This document shows, piece by piece, positions 9,440 to 18,856 of a stretch of 64,000 bases of DNA. The DNA lies in the IMG/VR virus record IMGVR_UViG_3300025316_000014, positions 2,090-66,089 of that record, one strand, 5' to 3'. Numbering within the stretch: the first letter of the stretch is position 1; the number at the start of each line of letters is the position of its first letter. The notes below the pieces were generated by a model. The model did no database searches. It worked only from the letters and a program-made list of their open reading frames with translations, and was not told where the DNA came from. This DNA comes from a virus (Duplodnaviria > Caudoviricetes). The translations under genes and the position numbers were made by a program.

Positions 9440-12420
9440 CGTTTTAACACTTCTATCCCTCTGACAAATAAACAATCGCCTGTCCACCAGCCAGCAACAG
9501 CAACATAATCACTGACTAAAATTTCTTTGAAAAATGGCAGTAAACGAGGAGCATCTTTCGCCGCAACTTTTGCCAAAATAACTCCTGTTTCGTCTTCGAC
9601 AACAATATAGGCTCTGTCATTACTAACTTCTTTTACAGTAACATATCCTGCAATGCCGATATCATTTATTGGAGACCCGAACGGTAATTGTCCAGGTTGA
9701 TATAATTGTTTAGCAATTCGTTTCTCTCTTTCCACCTCATCTGTATGAGGCACTGGTGCCCATGGAGCTAACCGTATAAGTTTTTGGATATTATACGGAG
9801 CATTACCTGTCGGTTTAGCAGCAGTTAATGCTTCTCTAGGAGCTTTTGGCATCGCGGCAAGCATTATTCCCCATGATGCGAATGGAGCAACAGTGGCCAA
9901 CTTTTCAGCTGTTTTTTGCCCTATACCTTTAATCCCAGTATATCCTCCTACAAAGTATTTATCGGTAACTGCTCTGAAAGATGCTCCTGAATATTGTGGA
10001 TTTAATATATCAATTTGCCCACCTAAACCCATGAATTCTCTAATCAACCGTTTTTGTGTCCATTCATTATCATCAAGAGCAAGATATGCTTCATAAAATT
10101 GTGCAGGAAAATGCGCTTTAAGATAAAGCATCCAATATCCTATAAGAGCATATGTTGTGCCATGAGCTAGATTAAATAAGTACCCGCCGCATTCTTCTAT
10201 TTGCTCCCACCATGATGTTGCTTCGGCTGAAGAGAGATTATTCGCTATACAACCCGCTATGAATTTTTGCTCCCATTCCGAATTAAACCCGGATTTAACT
10301 TGTATCGCTTTACGTAAAGCATGAACATCTTTCCATTCAAACCCTGCAACTTCACGAGCAAGCCTCATTACTTGCTCTTGATAAATAATAGCTCCATAAG
10401 TGCTTGAAACAATCGTTTGACATTTAGGATCAATATGATTCAAGTATCTTTGGAAGGTTATATTATCCCGTTTATGTAAAGCGTATAAAGGTACAAGTTT
10501 TGCAGGTCCAGGACGGCATAAAGCTGATGCAGCAATTAAATCTTCAAATGTGTCTGCTCCAATTTCCCTTATAACCCGGGTTGCTGATGACCCATCAAGT
10601 TGGAAAATACCAGCAAGGCGTCCGTCCCTTGCTTCTTGCAAAGCGGCTTGATCATTCAACGGAATATGGTAAATCCAATTTACTTCTCCATTCCCAATAT
10701 TTCGCAATGCTCTTCCAATAATGTCAAGTCCGTTGACCGATAAAACATCCATCTTAAGGAAACCTAAATCCGCCGCTCCTCGTTTATCAACTGCAGCAAC
10801 AGGTTTACCATCTTTGCTAATAACAACCCCAATCATATCTGCTAAATCCCGAGATGAAATAAGCAGACCAGCGGCATTTACAGAAGACTGCCGATATTGT
10901 CCGATAAGTTTTGGGAATATTGCAAGTTGTGGATATTTTGATATAATAGAAATAGCATCCGCATTTATCGTATCATCAAGCTGTTCTTCGCTATCATTAT
11001 CGGCAGTAAGCGTATCGGATAATTTTGCGTATTCCGCTCGTGGAATATTCAAAACGAATGCTGTATCTTGCAATGCTTGACGAGCATGAAGCTGAGATAA
11101 TGCCGTGATTTGAGAACATTTTGTTCTACCATATTTATTAAAAACATATTCTACAACAGAATCCCTCGCTCCGCGTTCAAAGTCCATATCCACATCAGGC
11201 GGGTCTACTCGGGTATCATCAAAAAATCTTTCAAATGATAAATTATGGGCAATTGGGTCAGTTTCACTTGCTCCTATTAGCCAGAGCAGCAAACAACCAC
11301 CGGCAGATCCACGGCAAGCTGCGACGGTATTCCGCTCTTTAGCATGCCGGACCATATCCTCTACGACGAGTAAATAATCAGCAAAACCGCGGCGGCAAAT
11401 TACTTCCCATTCATACCACATTCGGTTAGCATACGCAGATTCTTTTCCGGGGAGTATCTGCCCAGCTATTTTACGGGTATCTATCCCTCGTTGCGCTAAA
11501 TCAAGAAGATACGCTCCTGAATCTGCAAAGTTCGCTGGAATTGTAGGGAAAGTGACAGGTTCGGCTTGCGGTATTATCACCCGACAAATTTCTCCAATAA
11601 TATCCGTATTTATAATAGCTTGCCTTAACCATTCGGGAGGAGTATTTATACAAACTGCTTGCGCTCGATCAAATAATTCCTCTGCCGAACAATAATATTG
11701 ATAAGGAGGAATATGTATTCCAATGTCAATATCGGTAATCTTTTTTCTCATTCCCGCACGTAACATAATTTGTTGTGCAGCATAATCTGTTGGGCGAGGG
11801 AAATGAGCATCAGCTGTTAGCACAAGAGGGAGTTGTAAATCGGCGGCAATCCGTGTTATAGCATCAGCTGTCAGGTGGCTTACATCATAATCAGGCTGAG
11901 GAACAAGTTCAATAAATAATGCTTTAATATGTTTTGAAACATTATAAATAAAATCACATGTAGCATCGTACCCAGAAGATTGTAATAATCGAGTAGGATA
12001 GCCACTTGCGCATCCAGTTAATACAATTAGCCCTTCTTGATTATTATATAAGGTTCGCCAATCAATTCTGGGCTTATAATACGCATTCTCCCAAGATAAC
12101 CGACTTAATTTTAATAGGTTTACATACCCTATTGCATTTGCAGCAAGGACAGTCACATGAGGGAAAGCATTCACGCCAAGGGATGCCTGAAATCTTTCTC
12201 GTTTTGTTATATCGTCTACAATATAAAATTCACATCCATAAATCGGCTTGATATTTCTTTTCTTTGCTGCCCGAGCAACTGGTACATGGCCGAATACATT
12301 GCCATGATCAGTTACTGCTATAGAAGATTGGCCTAATTCAACAATTCGGTCAATAATTTGATCAGCCGTGCCATACCCGTCAAGGAAAGATGTCGTTTGA
12401 TGCCCGTGCAAATGGATCAT
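9436..12420 (-). CDS. dnaE: DNA polymerase III alpha subunit (C family) with PHP domain
   Basis: HLHGH..SFLDG, TDHG, GCEFY, RGSAGG, PDVDMDF, KMDVL, GIFQL, YQEQVM, YLFNLAH. Confidence 0.95.
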   Translation of the reverse strand: MIHLHGHQTTSFLDGYGTADQIIDRIVELGQSSIAVTDHGNVFGHVPVARAAKKRNIKPIYGCEFYIVDDITKRERFQASLGVNAFPHVTVLAANAIGYVNLLKLSRLSWENAYYKPRIDWRTLYNNQEGLIVLTGCASGYPTRLLQSSGYDATCDFIYNVSKHIKALFIELVPQPDYDVSHLTADAITRIAADLQLPLVLTADAHFPRPTDYAAQQIMLRAGMRKKITDIDIGIHIPPYQYYCSAEELFDRAQAVCINTPPEWLRQAIINTDIIGEICRVIIPQAEPVTFPTIPANFADSGAYLLDLAQRGIDTRKIAGQILPGKESAYANRMWYEWEVICRRGFADYLLVVEDMVRHAKERNTVAACRGSAGGCLLLWLIGASETDPIAHNLSFERFFDDTRVDPPDVDMDFERGARDSVVEYVFNKYGRTKCSQITALSQLHARQALQDTAFVLNIPRAEYAKLSDTLTADNDSEEQLDDTINADAISIISKYPQLAIFPKLIGQYRQSSVNAAGLLISSRDLADMIGVVISKDGKPVAAVDKRGAADLGFLKMDVLSVNGLDIIGRALRNIGNGEVNWIYHIPLNDQAALQEARDGRLAGIFQLDGSSATRVIREIGADTFEDLIAASALCRPGPAKLVPLYALHKRDNITFQRYLNHIDPKCQTIVSSTYGAIIYQEQVMRLAREVAGFEWKDVHALRKAIQVKSGFNSEWEQKFIAGCIANNLSSAEATSWWEQIEECGGYLFNLAHGTTYALIGYWMLYLKAHFPAQFYEAYLALDDNEWTQKRLIREFMGLGGQIDILNPQYSGASFRAVTDKYFVGGYTGIKGIGQKTAEKLATVAPFASWGIMLAAMPKAPREALTAAKPTGNAPYNIQKLIRLAPWAPVPHTDEVEREKRIAKQLYQPGQLPFGSPINDIGIAGYVTVKEVSNDRAYIVVEDETGVILAKVAAKDAPRLLPFFKEILVSDYVAVAGWWTGDCLFVRGIEVLKR

Positions 12421-12427
12421 AATTTAT

Positions 12428-12655
12428 TTACCTTCCGCAGATTTGAAAATCTGTTTGCCGTAAAAATCCTTGCTGCCAAAAAATTTTTTGACCACATCTC
12501 TTATACGGATTATCTTCCAATGAACATTGCCGATAAGCCGCGAGTTGCCCAATGCGAAAAGCATTCACATATTTTTGAGGAACGTTATACGGGATAGGAG
12601 ACAATAAATTCCGGAATTGATCTGTCATAAATTTCGCATCAATAACAACCGCCAT
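12428..12655 (-). CDS. Hypothetical protein (NPY...WxxGF motif)
   Basis: Small ORF packed in the operon. Confidence 0.5.
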   Translation of the reverse strand: MAVVIDAKFMTDQFRNLLSPIPYNVPQKYVNAFRIGQLAAYRQCSLEDNPYKRCGQKIFWQQGFLRQTDFQICGR

Positions 12656-12657
12656 AA

Positions 12658-13068
12658 TTACCTTCTTTTTCTTCCTGCTGGCCCACGATAATTCGCGAAA
12701 AAAGCCCGCATTTCTGAAGCGTACGCTTCATCTTTTTTTAATTTTGAAGCAAGCCGTTGCCTCCATCCTGGACAATCGTCTGCAGGTTCGTCGGCAACAT
12801 GGTGGTTAGCAACGCCTAACTCAGCGTAGTTGCTACACATTCCGCTGATATGGCGTAACTTCATCACATAGGAATATACAAGGTGATTACAGGTACCACA
12901 TGTTTTGATAATAATTTTTGGTTCCCGGCATTTTCTACGACGGGGAACTTTTTCTTCATTATCACAACATTCAGCTGTTTTGAGAACTTTAGGAAGTTTA
13001 GGAACTTGTTCTACAAGTTCCCTTCTAACAAAAGCTCCGTTGACAAAAACCCATTTTCCAGTACTCAT
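12658..13068 (-). CDS. Hypothetical Cys-containing protein
   Basis: CxxC...C...CPGW; promoter-like motif immediately upstream. Confidence 0.55.
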   Translation of the reverse strand: MSTGKWVFVNGAFVRRELVEQVPKLPKVLKTAECCDNEEKVPRRRKCREPKIIIKTCGTCNHLVYSYVMKLRHISGMCSNYAELGVANHHVADEPADDCPGWRQRLASKLKKDEAYASEMRAFFANYRGPAGRKRR

Positions 13069-13128
13069 ATTGTTATTATACCCTAATTACATATAATTAT
13101 ACGCAGTTTTGGCTAATTTAAGATTATT

Positions 13129-13320
13129 TCAAAGAATAGGAATTGAATCCGGGAATTCTTTCCCTAATGCTACTTGGCAATCATAGCATAACGGCGAGTA
13201 TTTAGTACTCTGTTGAATATTAATATTGGAAACAAGTTTACCACAGCGCATACAGCTAACCTTGAAATAAGAAGACGGCTTTCTAGTTCTTTCAGCATCA
13301 TAATTAAAGGCGGAGCACAT
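13129..13320 (-). CDS. Small Zn-finger protein
   Basis: CMRC...CYDC; SD AAGGAG. Confidence 0.5.
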   Translation of the reverse strand: MCSAFNYDAERTRKPSSYFKVSCMRCGKLVSNINIQQSTKYSPLCYDCQVALGKEFPDSIPIL

Positions 13321-13798
13321 TATTCACTCCTTTCGTTTTCGTAGCACATCTTCCTTTTCTTGAAGATATGCTTGTCCAATCCAATAATGGCATTTGTGGA
13401 GCAATAAGGCGAGAAAAAGCATCAATAGCTAACTCGCGTTCGCGATGGTAATGTCCCCACCATGACTTCCAGAATGCTTGGCTAATAATATCTTCTTCTC
13501 GGAGTGCGTCTACCACGCCTAATCGCGAAGCTTCTATTACATGGCACAATTCATGTACTACAATCTCTCGCAGATATGCCATATCTGTATCTGTAAAGAA
13601 ATCATCGTAAAAATAGAGGGTAAAAAAGCGTTGTTGAAATGAGTACCGTACATAAGCTATACTCCCTGAATCCTTTGGCGGTCGTTTATGCGAGAGTATA
13701 AATCTCCACTGTGCGAGTCCCATACGGTCTGCAATCTCGCAGATATATTTATTCAAAATATCCCAACGAATATCTTCATCTTTTCGATTTATTTTCAT
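13304..13798 (-). CDS. Zincin-like (HExxH) metallopeptidase
   Basis: IVVHELCH with downstream Glu (ERE). Confidence 0.6.
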   Translation of the reverse strand: MKINRKDEDIRWDILNKYICEIADRMGLAQWRFILSHKRPPKDSGSIAYVRYSFQQRFFTLYFYDDFFTDTDMAYLREIVVHELCHVIEASRLGVVDALREEDIISQAFWKSWWGHYHRERELAIDAFSRLIAPQMPLLDWTSISSRKGRCATKTKGVNNVLRL

Positions 13799-16689
13799 TA
13801 TTCACTCCTTTCTGCGATATAATCTCGCAGATATTGTACGAAAGTCGCTGTCTTTTCATATCCCATTTTGCGACCACGTTCGGCAGGGCGAATACATCCA
13901 AGTCGTTGTAATACTGCAATAGGATTAACTTGGGTAACTGCTAATGGCCCACCAGGTATAATCGCATTCAATACTGTTGGCATAATTACTTCTAATTTTG
14001 TCAATTCTTTTGCAATAAATAAAGCATCCTCTGCATTAAACTGGCGTAAGAATATAGACATATCCTGCGAAATAGCGTCGCTTGTATTATCTCGTACAGT
14101 GTCCGTATACTCGAGATAACCCATTGCAGAATGTTCATACCACATAGCAAACATTTGTTCTGCGGCAATAATATGTTCTGCTTTAACTATTACCGTATTG
14201 TTTTCCGCAGAATATAATTGAACAGCAATACTAACTGCGACTCTTGCAATTCTTCGTATTTGATCAGCTGGTTCAACAATTGGAATTGTCGACGAATACT
14301 TGTCGCACATCCGCAAAGCAAGAGCACTTATTATTTCGTATGCTTGTGGGGTAAACATTACTGCTGGAGTGGAATGCGCCCAAGCAATAAGCCCTTGATG
14401 AGCAGCTTTGCTATACCGAGCTTTTTCTCCTTTATGGACTGATGTTAAATTATGAAGAGAAACGTCCTCTTGCCTTACAATCATACCAAAATCAAATCTA
14501 GCGATTTCTTCGGGTTGTGGTATAATATCCTGAATTAACTCTATACCGGAAAGAGACTGTTGAGAAACGAGGGAACCTTTACCAGGATTAGCCAACCAAA
14601 TAGCTCGTACTCGTGCTCTAAATTCTGCTCCGACTATTTTTGATATTTTGACAATTCCCTCACTACGGGGTAATGCCATTGCCGCCATTAAATCACCGCC
14701 GCCTATCGATTTAAACTCGTCAAAACAAATTACTCCACCGTCATTATTAGGAAGTACTCCGGGTAAAGCATAAAATTTTCCTGAACTTGTTTTTTCTATG
14801 CCGCCTAATACTCCTGCAATTGATTGCATTTTACAATCCACAAGTGCTCCAGAACCATATAATTCTGTTAAGCGAGTGAACGTCATAGTTTTGCCGCAAC
14901 GAGTATCCCCGATAACTATTGCTTCAAGCCAACCACGGGTTACTAATGCTTCTGCAAAATTGAATGAAAGAAGTGAATGCCATATAGTCCGATATGCCAT
15001 ATGCAAATCCCGCCGACCATAAATAAATGTTGTGCTATCCGCTAAATCATCCGCTACATCGCATAACTTTTCAAAAGCAGTTTGCCCAGAAGCAGGCTGG
15101 AATGTTTTCAATTCATTAAGAAGTTCAGGAGTAGCTAATTCTGCGAAAGTTGCTCTATGTGCTCCATGATAACCATCAGCTAGAAAAACTCCAAGTTGCT
15201 CTTCAGGATGAGGGTAGACAGTACCATTTAATATATAATCTCTGCCTTCCTCTACTCTGTCCTCTCCTAGAATAAAATAAGCTTCTCTATAATTCTTTTC
15301 AGCTCCATCTTGTTGTTCGGATAACGGCTCTGAGATTAATATTGGCTCAACGTCAACAGATTGAATAGGCTCAATATTCACCATTTCGCATGCTGGAGAA
15401 ATGCCTAATGATTTTTTAATGAAGGATAATTGTTTTATTTCCGGGACTTCTATCATTCGGAATACATCAGAGGATGTTGGATCAATATTCAATACTGTCG
15501 ATCCAGCTAGTGTTGTGACCATAGGGCATCTACGACAAGAAGTACTTCCGCTCCCCTGGCAAGTGACTCGCATTTCTATCGGTAATATATATCTTTTTAC
15601 AGATCGAGCAGTTACTCTCGCCATGAATTGAATGCGGTTACCAGAATTTTCAGCGCATATTGCTGTCCTGAATGTCCGCTCCTCTGGTTCATTATTTATT
15701 GTAGGCACTGATGGAGACGACGCATTGTCAATAAGGTAATGAATGGCAGTAATAACCTGAGTGGGGGACGAACCGGATACATATAAGAACCTTATATAAT
15801 CGCTAATATCAGCATTATCTGGTCGCCCTTCCCATACTGGTAATTGTATTATATTTATTTGCGCGGCAATATTTGTAAGTTCAGAAACACATCTCGCAAC
15901 CGCATCTTCTCCAGGTTTGTCAATGTCCATAAGAATAGAAATGTGCCGCCCTGCCGCCCAACGTAAATCTGGTACAGGGACATTCGCTCCAAGGGTTCCG
16001 CATACAGCAGCAAAACCATGCGACCGAAGGGAAACTACATCCGGTTCGCCTTCGCATAAAATAACTGGGTCTTCATTCCATGCCTCTTTTGGCCAAACAA
16101 AATTACCACCTTCTCCAGACACTCGCCAGATAAACTTGGGGGAAATGTTTGGACGGTACATTCTCGCATTAATAAGTGTACCACTTTGATCATAAATTGG
16201 GAAAATAATGCGGCCAGTTCCTTCATCAAAACCAATTTTTAATTGATACGCAACTTCAAATGACCATGGTTTAATACTTGAAATCCAATCACGAATATCT
16301 TGTCTATTTCGCAGTGTTAATCGACAGGCGTCAAGCCACTCAACTGAAATAGGTTTTGAAACATGAAATTCATGGCAAAGATCGCGTTCTGTTTTGCCAT
16401 AATCTGGGATAGCTCTTCCTGCACTGTCGAATTCATCTGCTCGCATAATCGCCATAAATGCAATAAAATCGCCGCCTCTTTCACTATTAAAACATCGCCA
16501 GAGGCCACTTTGTACATTAACAGAAAAACTAGGATTGCTATCTGATATATCAGGGAATGGGGAGCATGCTCGACGTTCTCCTCTATTATTAGCTGCTCCG
16601 AGGTTAGGGATATATGCTTCGTATACCGTATCCCAACCGATGCGTTCTAATACTGCTTTTAATTCTGCTTTCAATGGGATAATCCTCAA
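13798..16689 (-). CDS. DnaG-type (TOPRIM) primase fused to an MCM-family AAA+ helicase
   Basis: Degenerate CHC2-like N-terminus (PSFSV..WRCF..GGD), CEGEPD and DID TOPRIM motifs, IGDTRCGKT Walker A, GVLPNNDGGVICFDEF, LANP, ARFDF arginine finger. Confidence 0.8.
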   Translation of the reverse strand: MRIIPLKAELKAVLERIGWDTVYEAYIPNLGAANNRGERRACSPFPDISDSNPSFSVNVQSGLWRCFNSERGGDFIAFMAIMRADEFDSAGRAIPDYGKTERDLCHEFHVSKPISVEWLDACRLTLRNRQDIRDWISSIKPWSFEVAYQLKIGFDEGTGRIIFPIYDQSGTLINARMYRPNISPKFIWRVSGEGGNFVWPKEAWNEDPVILCEGEPDVVSLRSHGFAAVCGTLGANVPVPDLRWAAGRHISILMDIDKPGEDAVARCVSELTNIAAQINIIQLPVWEGRPDNADISDYIRFLYVSGSSPTQVITAIHYLIDNASSPSVPTINNEPEERTFRTAICAENSGNRIQFMARVTARSVKRYILPIEMRVTCQGSGSTSCRRCPMVTTLAGSTVLNIDPTSSDVFRMIEVPEIKQLSFIKKSLGISPACEMVNIEPIQSVDVEPILISEPLSEQQDGAEKNYREAYFILGEDRVEEGRDYILNGTVYPHPEEQLGVFLADGYHGAHRATFAELATPELLNELKTFQPASGQTAFEKLCDVADDLADSTTFIYGRRDLHMAYRTIWHSLLSFNFAEALVTRGWLEAIVIGDTRCGKTMTFTRLTELYGSGALVDCKMQSIAGVLGGIEKTSSGKFYALPGVLPNNDGGVICFDEFKSIGGGDLMAAMALPRSEGIVKISKIVGAEFRARVRAIWLANPGKGSLVSQQSLSGIELIQDIIPQPEEIARFDFGMIVRQEDVSLHNLTSVHKGEKARYSKAAHQGLIAWAHSTPAVMFTPQAYEIISALALRMCDKYSSTIPIVEPADQIRRIARVAVSIAVQLYSAENNTVIVKAEHIIAAEQMFAMWYEHSAMGYLEYTDTVRDNTSDAISQDMSIFLRQFNAEDALFIAKELTKLEVIMPTVLNAIIPGGPLAVTQVNPIAVLQRLGCIRPAERGRKMGYEKTATFVQYLRDYIAERSE

Positions 16690-16709
16690 TTGAAGAAAGA
16701 GTTATCGAA

Positions 16710-16751
16710 GAGAAAAATACCCACCGGAATACTATCTGTAATTCCGGTGGG
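16710..16751 (-). terminator. Intrinsic terminator between the SSB and primase-helicase genes
   Basis: CCCACCGGAAT/ATTCCGGTGGG 11-bp stem followed by TATTTTT on the minus strand. Confidence 0.65.
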
Positions 16752-16783
16752 CGATGACGGTATCGGTTAATTAAATATTGATA

Positions 16784-17638
16784 TTAACCGACAAGTTCTG
16801 GGCTATCCGTGCCGACGGAGTATGTACCATTCACTTTGTTGCGGATTTGTCCGCCATAATCGTCGTGTTTGATGCCGAATTTCACGATATTATCAACAAA
16901 ATCCTGGCCAGCAGCATCGCCGATATATCGCGCTCCATCAGGGGATAGCAATTCAGTCGCTTCACACAATGACTTCCAACGCCATAATGCAGCATCTTTA
17001 AGGGAAATCGGGTCGTTGATAGTAACCCCCGCGAATTCCACCGGGAAAGTTGTTCGCATGGTAATAGTGACTAGACCGGTTTTGTCAGTTTTCGAACGGC
17101 CGATTGCGACTTTTGTGATAATCGCTTCATAAACAAGATTTTCCGGAAGCGGACGGAAGTTATTTGTTTCCACTCCCATCATGTTATATGACGCGAGGTC
17201 AACAGGGTCAGAATTGCCTCCAGCATCCGGTGGAGCAACTGCTCCAGCCGCAGCAAATTGGGCAGCGAGATTTGCAAGATCAGCGGCTGGTGGAGCATTT
17301 GTTGGCACATTTGCAAAAGGATCGATTACTCCAGCAGGCATAGCTGCGGGTACTGCAGCAGGTACACCCGGAACGAGTGGAATGCCTGGAGCGACAGGAA
17401 TGCCTGGAGCAGGCGGCGGGGTTGGTGGAATGACAGGAGCAAGAGCGAGCATATATCCCTGCCCGATTAAGTCCGCGTCTTTCCACCCGGAAGCAATAAA
17501 TTGATCATAAGTGATCGTTCCGGCTTTTTCAGTCATTACATGAATAGCCGGCAGTGCGTTTACTGCAGGAATTGAAGGGGTAACTGTCGGCGAAGCAACA
17601 GTCCCAGGGGTCGGTGTACCGGTGGCGCGTTTAGCCAT
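16784..17638 (-). CDS. DUF669-like single-stranded DNA-binding protein with Pro/Ala-rich N-terminal arm
   Basis: FRPLPE..YEAII..V...SK...Y.G..RNKV pattern; adjacent to the Sak4-like ATPase. Confidence 0.6.
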   Translation of the reverse strand: MAKRATGTPTPGTVASPTVTPSIPAVNALPAIHVMTEKAGTITYDQFIASGWKDADLIGQGYMLALAPVIPPTPPPAPGIPVAPGIPLVPGVPAAVPAAMPAGVIDPFANVPTNAPPAADLANLAAQFAAAGAVAPPDAGGNSDPVDLASYNMMGVETNNFRPLPENLVYEAIITKVAIGRSKTDKTGLVTITMRTTFPVEFAGVTINDPISLKDAALWRWKSLCEATELLSPDGARYIGDAAGQDFVDNIVKFGIKHDDYGGQIRNKVNGTYSVGTDSPELVG

Positions 17639-17648
17639 AATATTCTCC

Positions 17649-18404
17649 TTATTTCGAATTACTGGCGCGTATTGCGCTCAGCATTTTCCCGATAAGATAG
17701 TCGATGTCTGGTGTCTCATATTCCGCAAGAACATTGAATCGATCTTTCGCATCGGAAAATTGATTGCGCTGAAATCTAATAAAGCGCACAACTTTTGTAC
17801 TTATAACACTCGTTGCAGGATCTTTTACTTGTTGATCAATAATTCCATATTGCCCGAGTGCATCAAAGTGTTTAGCATATTGCGTTCCGTATTGCCCTTG
17901 AAAAGAAGGCATATACATTAAACGATTTGTTGCCATATCAAGGTCTTTTACTTCATGAGCGAGGAATATTACATGCTTTTTCATTACTCTGAATAAGCGA
18001 GTAATATTCTCCATCATGAGTAAAATCTCCCCCCAACACTGTTGGTCAGGAGCGACCATTTTATGTGCTTTAGTAATCTCAGCAAGTAAAACTTTTTGTA
18101 ATTCTGTCGCGGTATCTATTACAACAAGATCAAAACTACCTTGATGAGCATAAAGCCATTCCATGCCGCTCATAAAATCCACCTTACCACTATCGGGGCC
18201 AACTGGCCATAATTTGATAAGTTGACGTTGAATTGTCGGCCATGTTTTAAGAGAAACTGCTCCAGAGTCAACATCAAAAATCACTGTCCGTAACCGTTGA
18301 CTCCCACCAGCCAAAACAGTTTTACCTACTCCTGGTCCACCGTATATTAAAATATGGACGAATTCTTCTGTAGGAGTATCAAGACTAATTGGCTGTGTTA
18401 TCAT
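17649..18404 (-). CDS. AAA_24 / Sak4-like recombination ATPase
   Basis: ILIYGGPGVGKT, VVIDTATE, IFLAHE, AKDR. Confidence 0.8.
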   Translation of the reverse strand: MITQPISLDTPTEEFVHILIYGGPGVGKTVLAGGSQRLRTVIFDVDSGAVSLKTWPTIQRQLIKLWPVGPDSGKVDFMSGMEWLYAHQGSFDLVVIDTATELQKVLLAEITKAHKMVAPDQQCWGEILLMMENITRLFRVMKKHVIFLAHEVKDLDMATNRLMYMPSFQGQYGTQYAKHFDALGQYGIIDQQVKDPATSVISTKVVRFIRFQRNQFSDAKDRFNVLAEYETPDIDYLIGKMLSAIRASNSK

Positions 18405-18765
18405 TAGGAGTAACCTCAATTGGATTAAAAAAATCTTCAACAAAATCGAATACTGCATCAATATCAATAGCGATAAATGTCTGCCCATTGCCAACATTTG
18501 TCATTAAAAACCCATTGCTAACCCGGCTTATTTTTATTGTTTGGGCATTCCGACGGAGTTGCAATTCCGACTGTCGGCGGCGATCATTTGGAGTAGAAGT
18601 TCTGCAGACATGGCATTGGTTAAATGCTTCCCCGAATGTACCATAAACAGCATGACAATCTTGGCATTCTTTGAGGATAACATTACAATTAGAACATCGA
18701 GGTTGGGGTAAAATAGTAGAAAATTCAACAGATTTCCCACATATTGGGCAATCAACAGTGCGCAT
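18385..18765 (-). CDS. Double Zn-ribbon protein
   Basis: Four CxxC pairs; SD AAGGAG; promoter motif upstream. Confidence 0.6.
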   Translation of the reverse strand: MRTVDCPICGKSVEFSTILPQPRCSNCNVILKECQDCHAVYGTFGEAFNQCHVCRTSTPNDRRRQSELQLRRNAQTIKISRVSNGFLMTNVGNGQTFIAIDIDAVFDFVEDFFNPIEVTPNDNTAN

Positions 18766-18856
18766 AATAGCGACTCTCCTTCTTGGCTAGACTCTGCGTC
18801 TTAGCATAAATTATATATACCCTGGGCGAACACCTTATAAACCTTTTAAAGAATAT

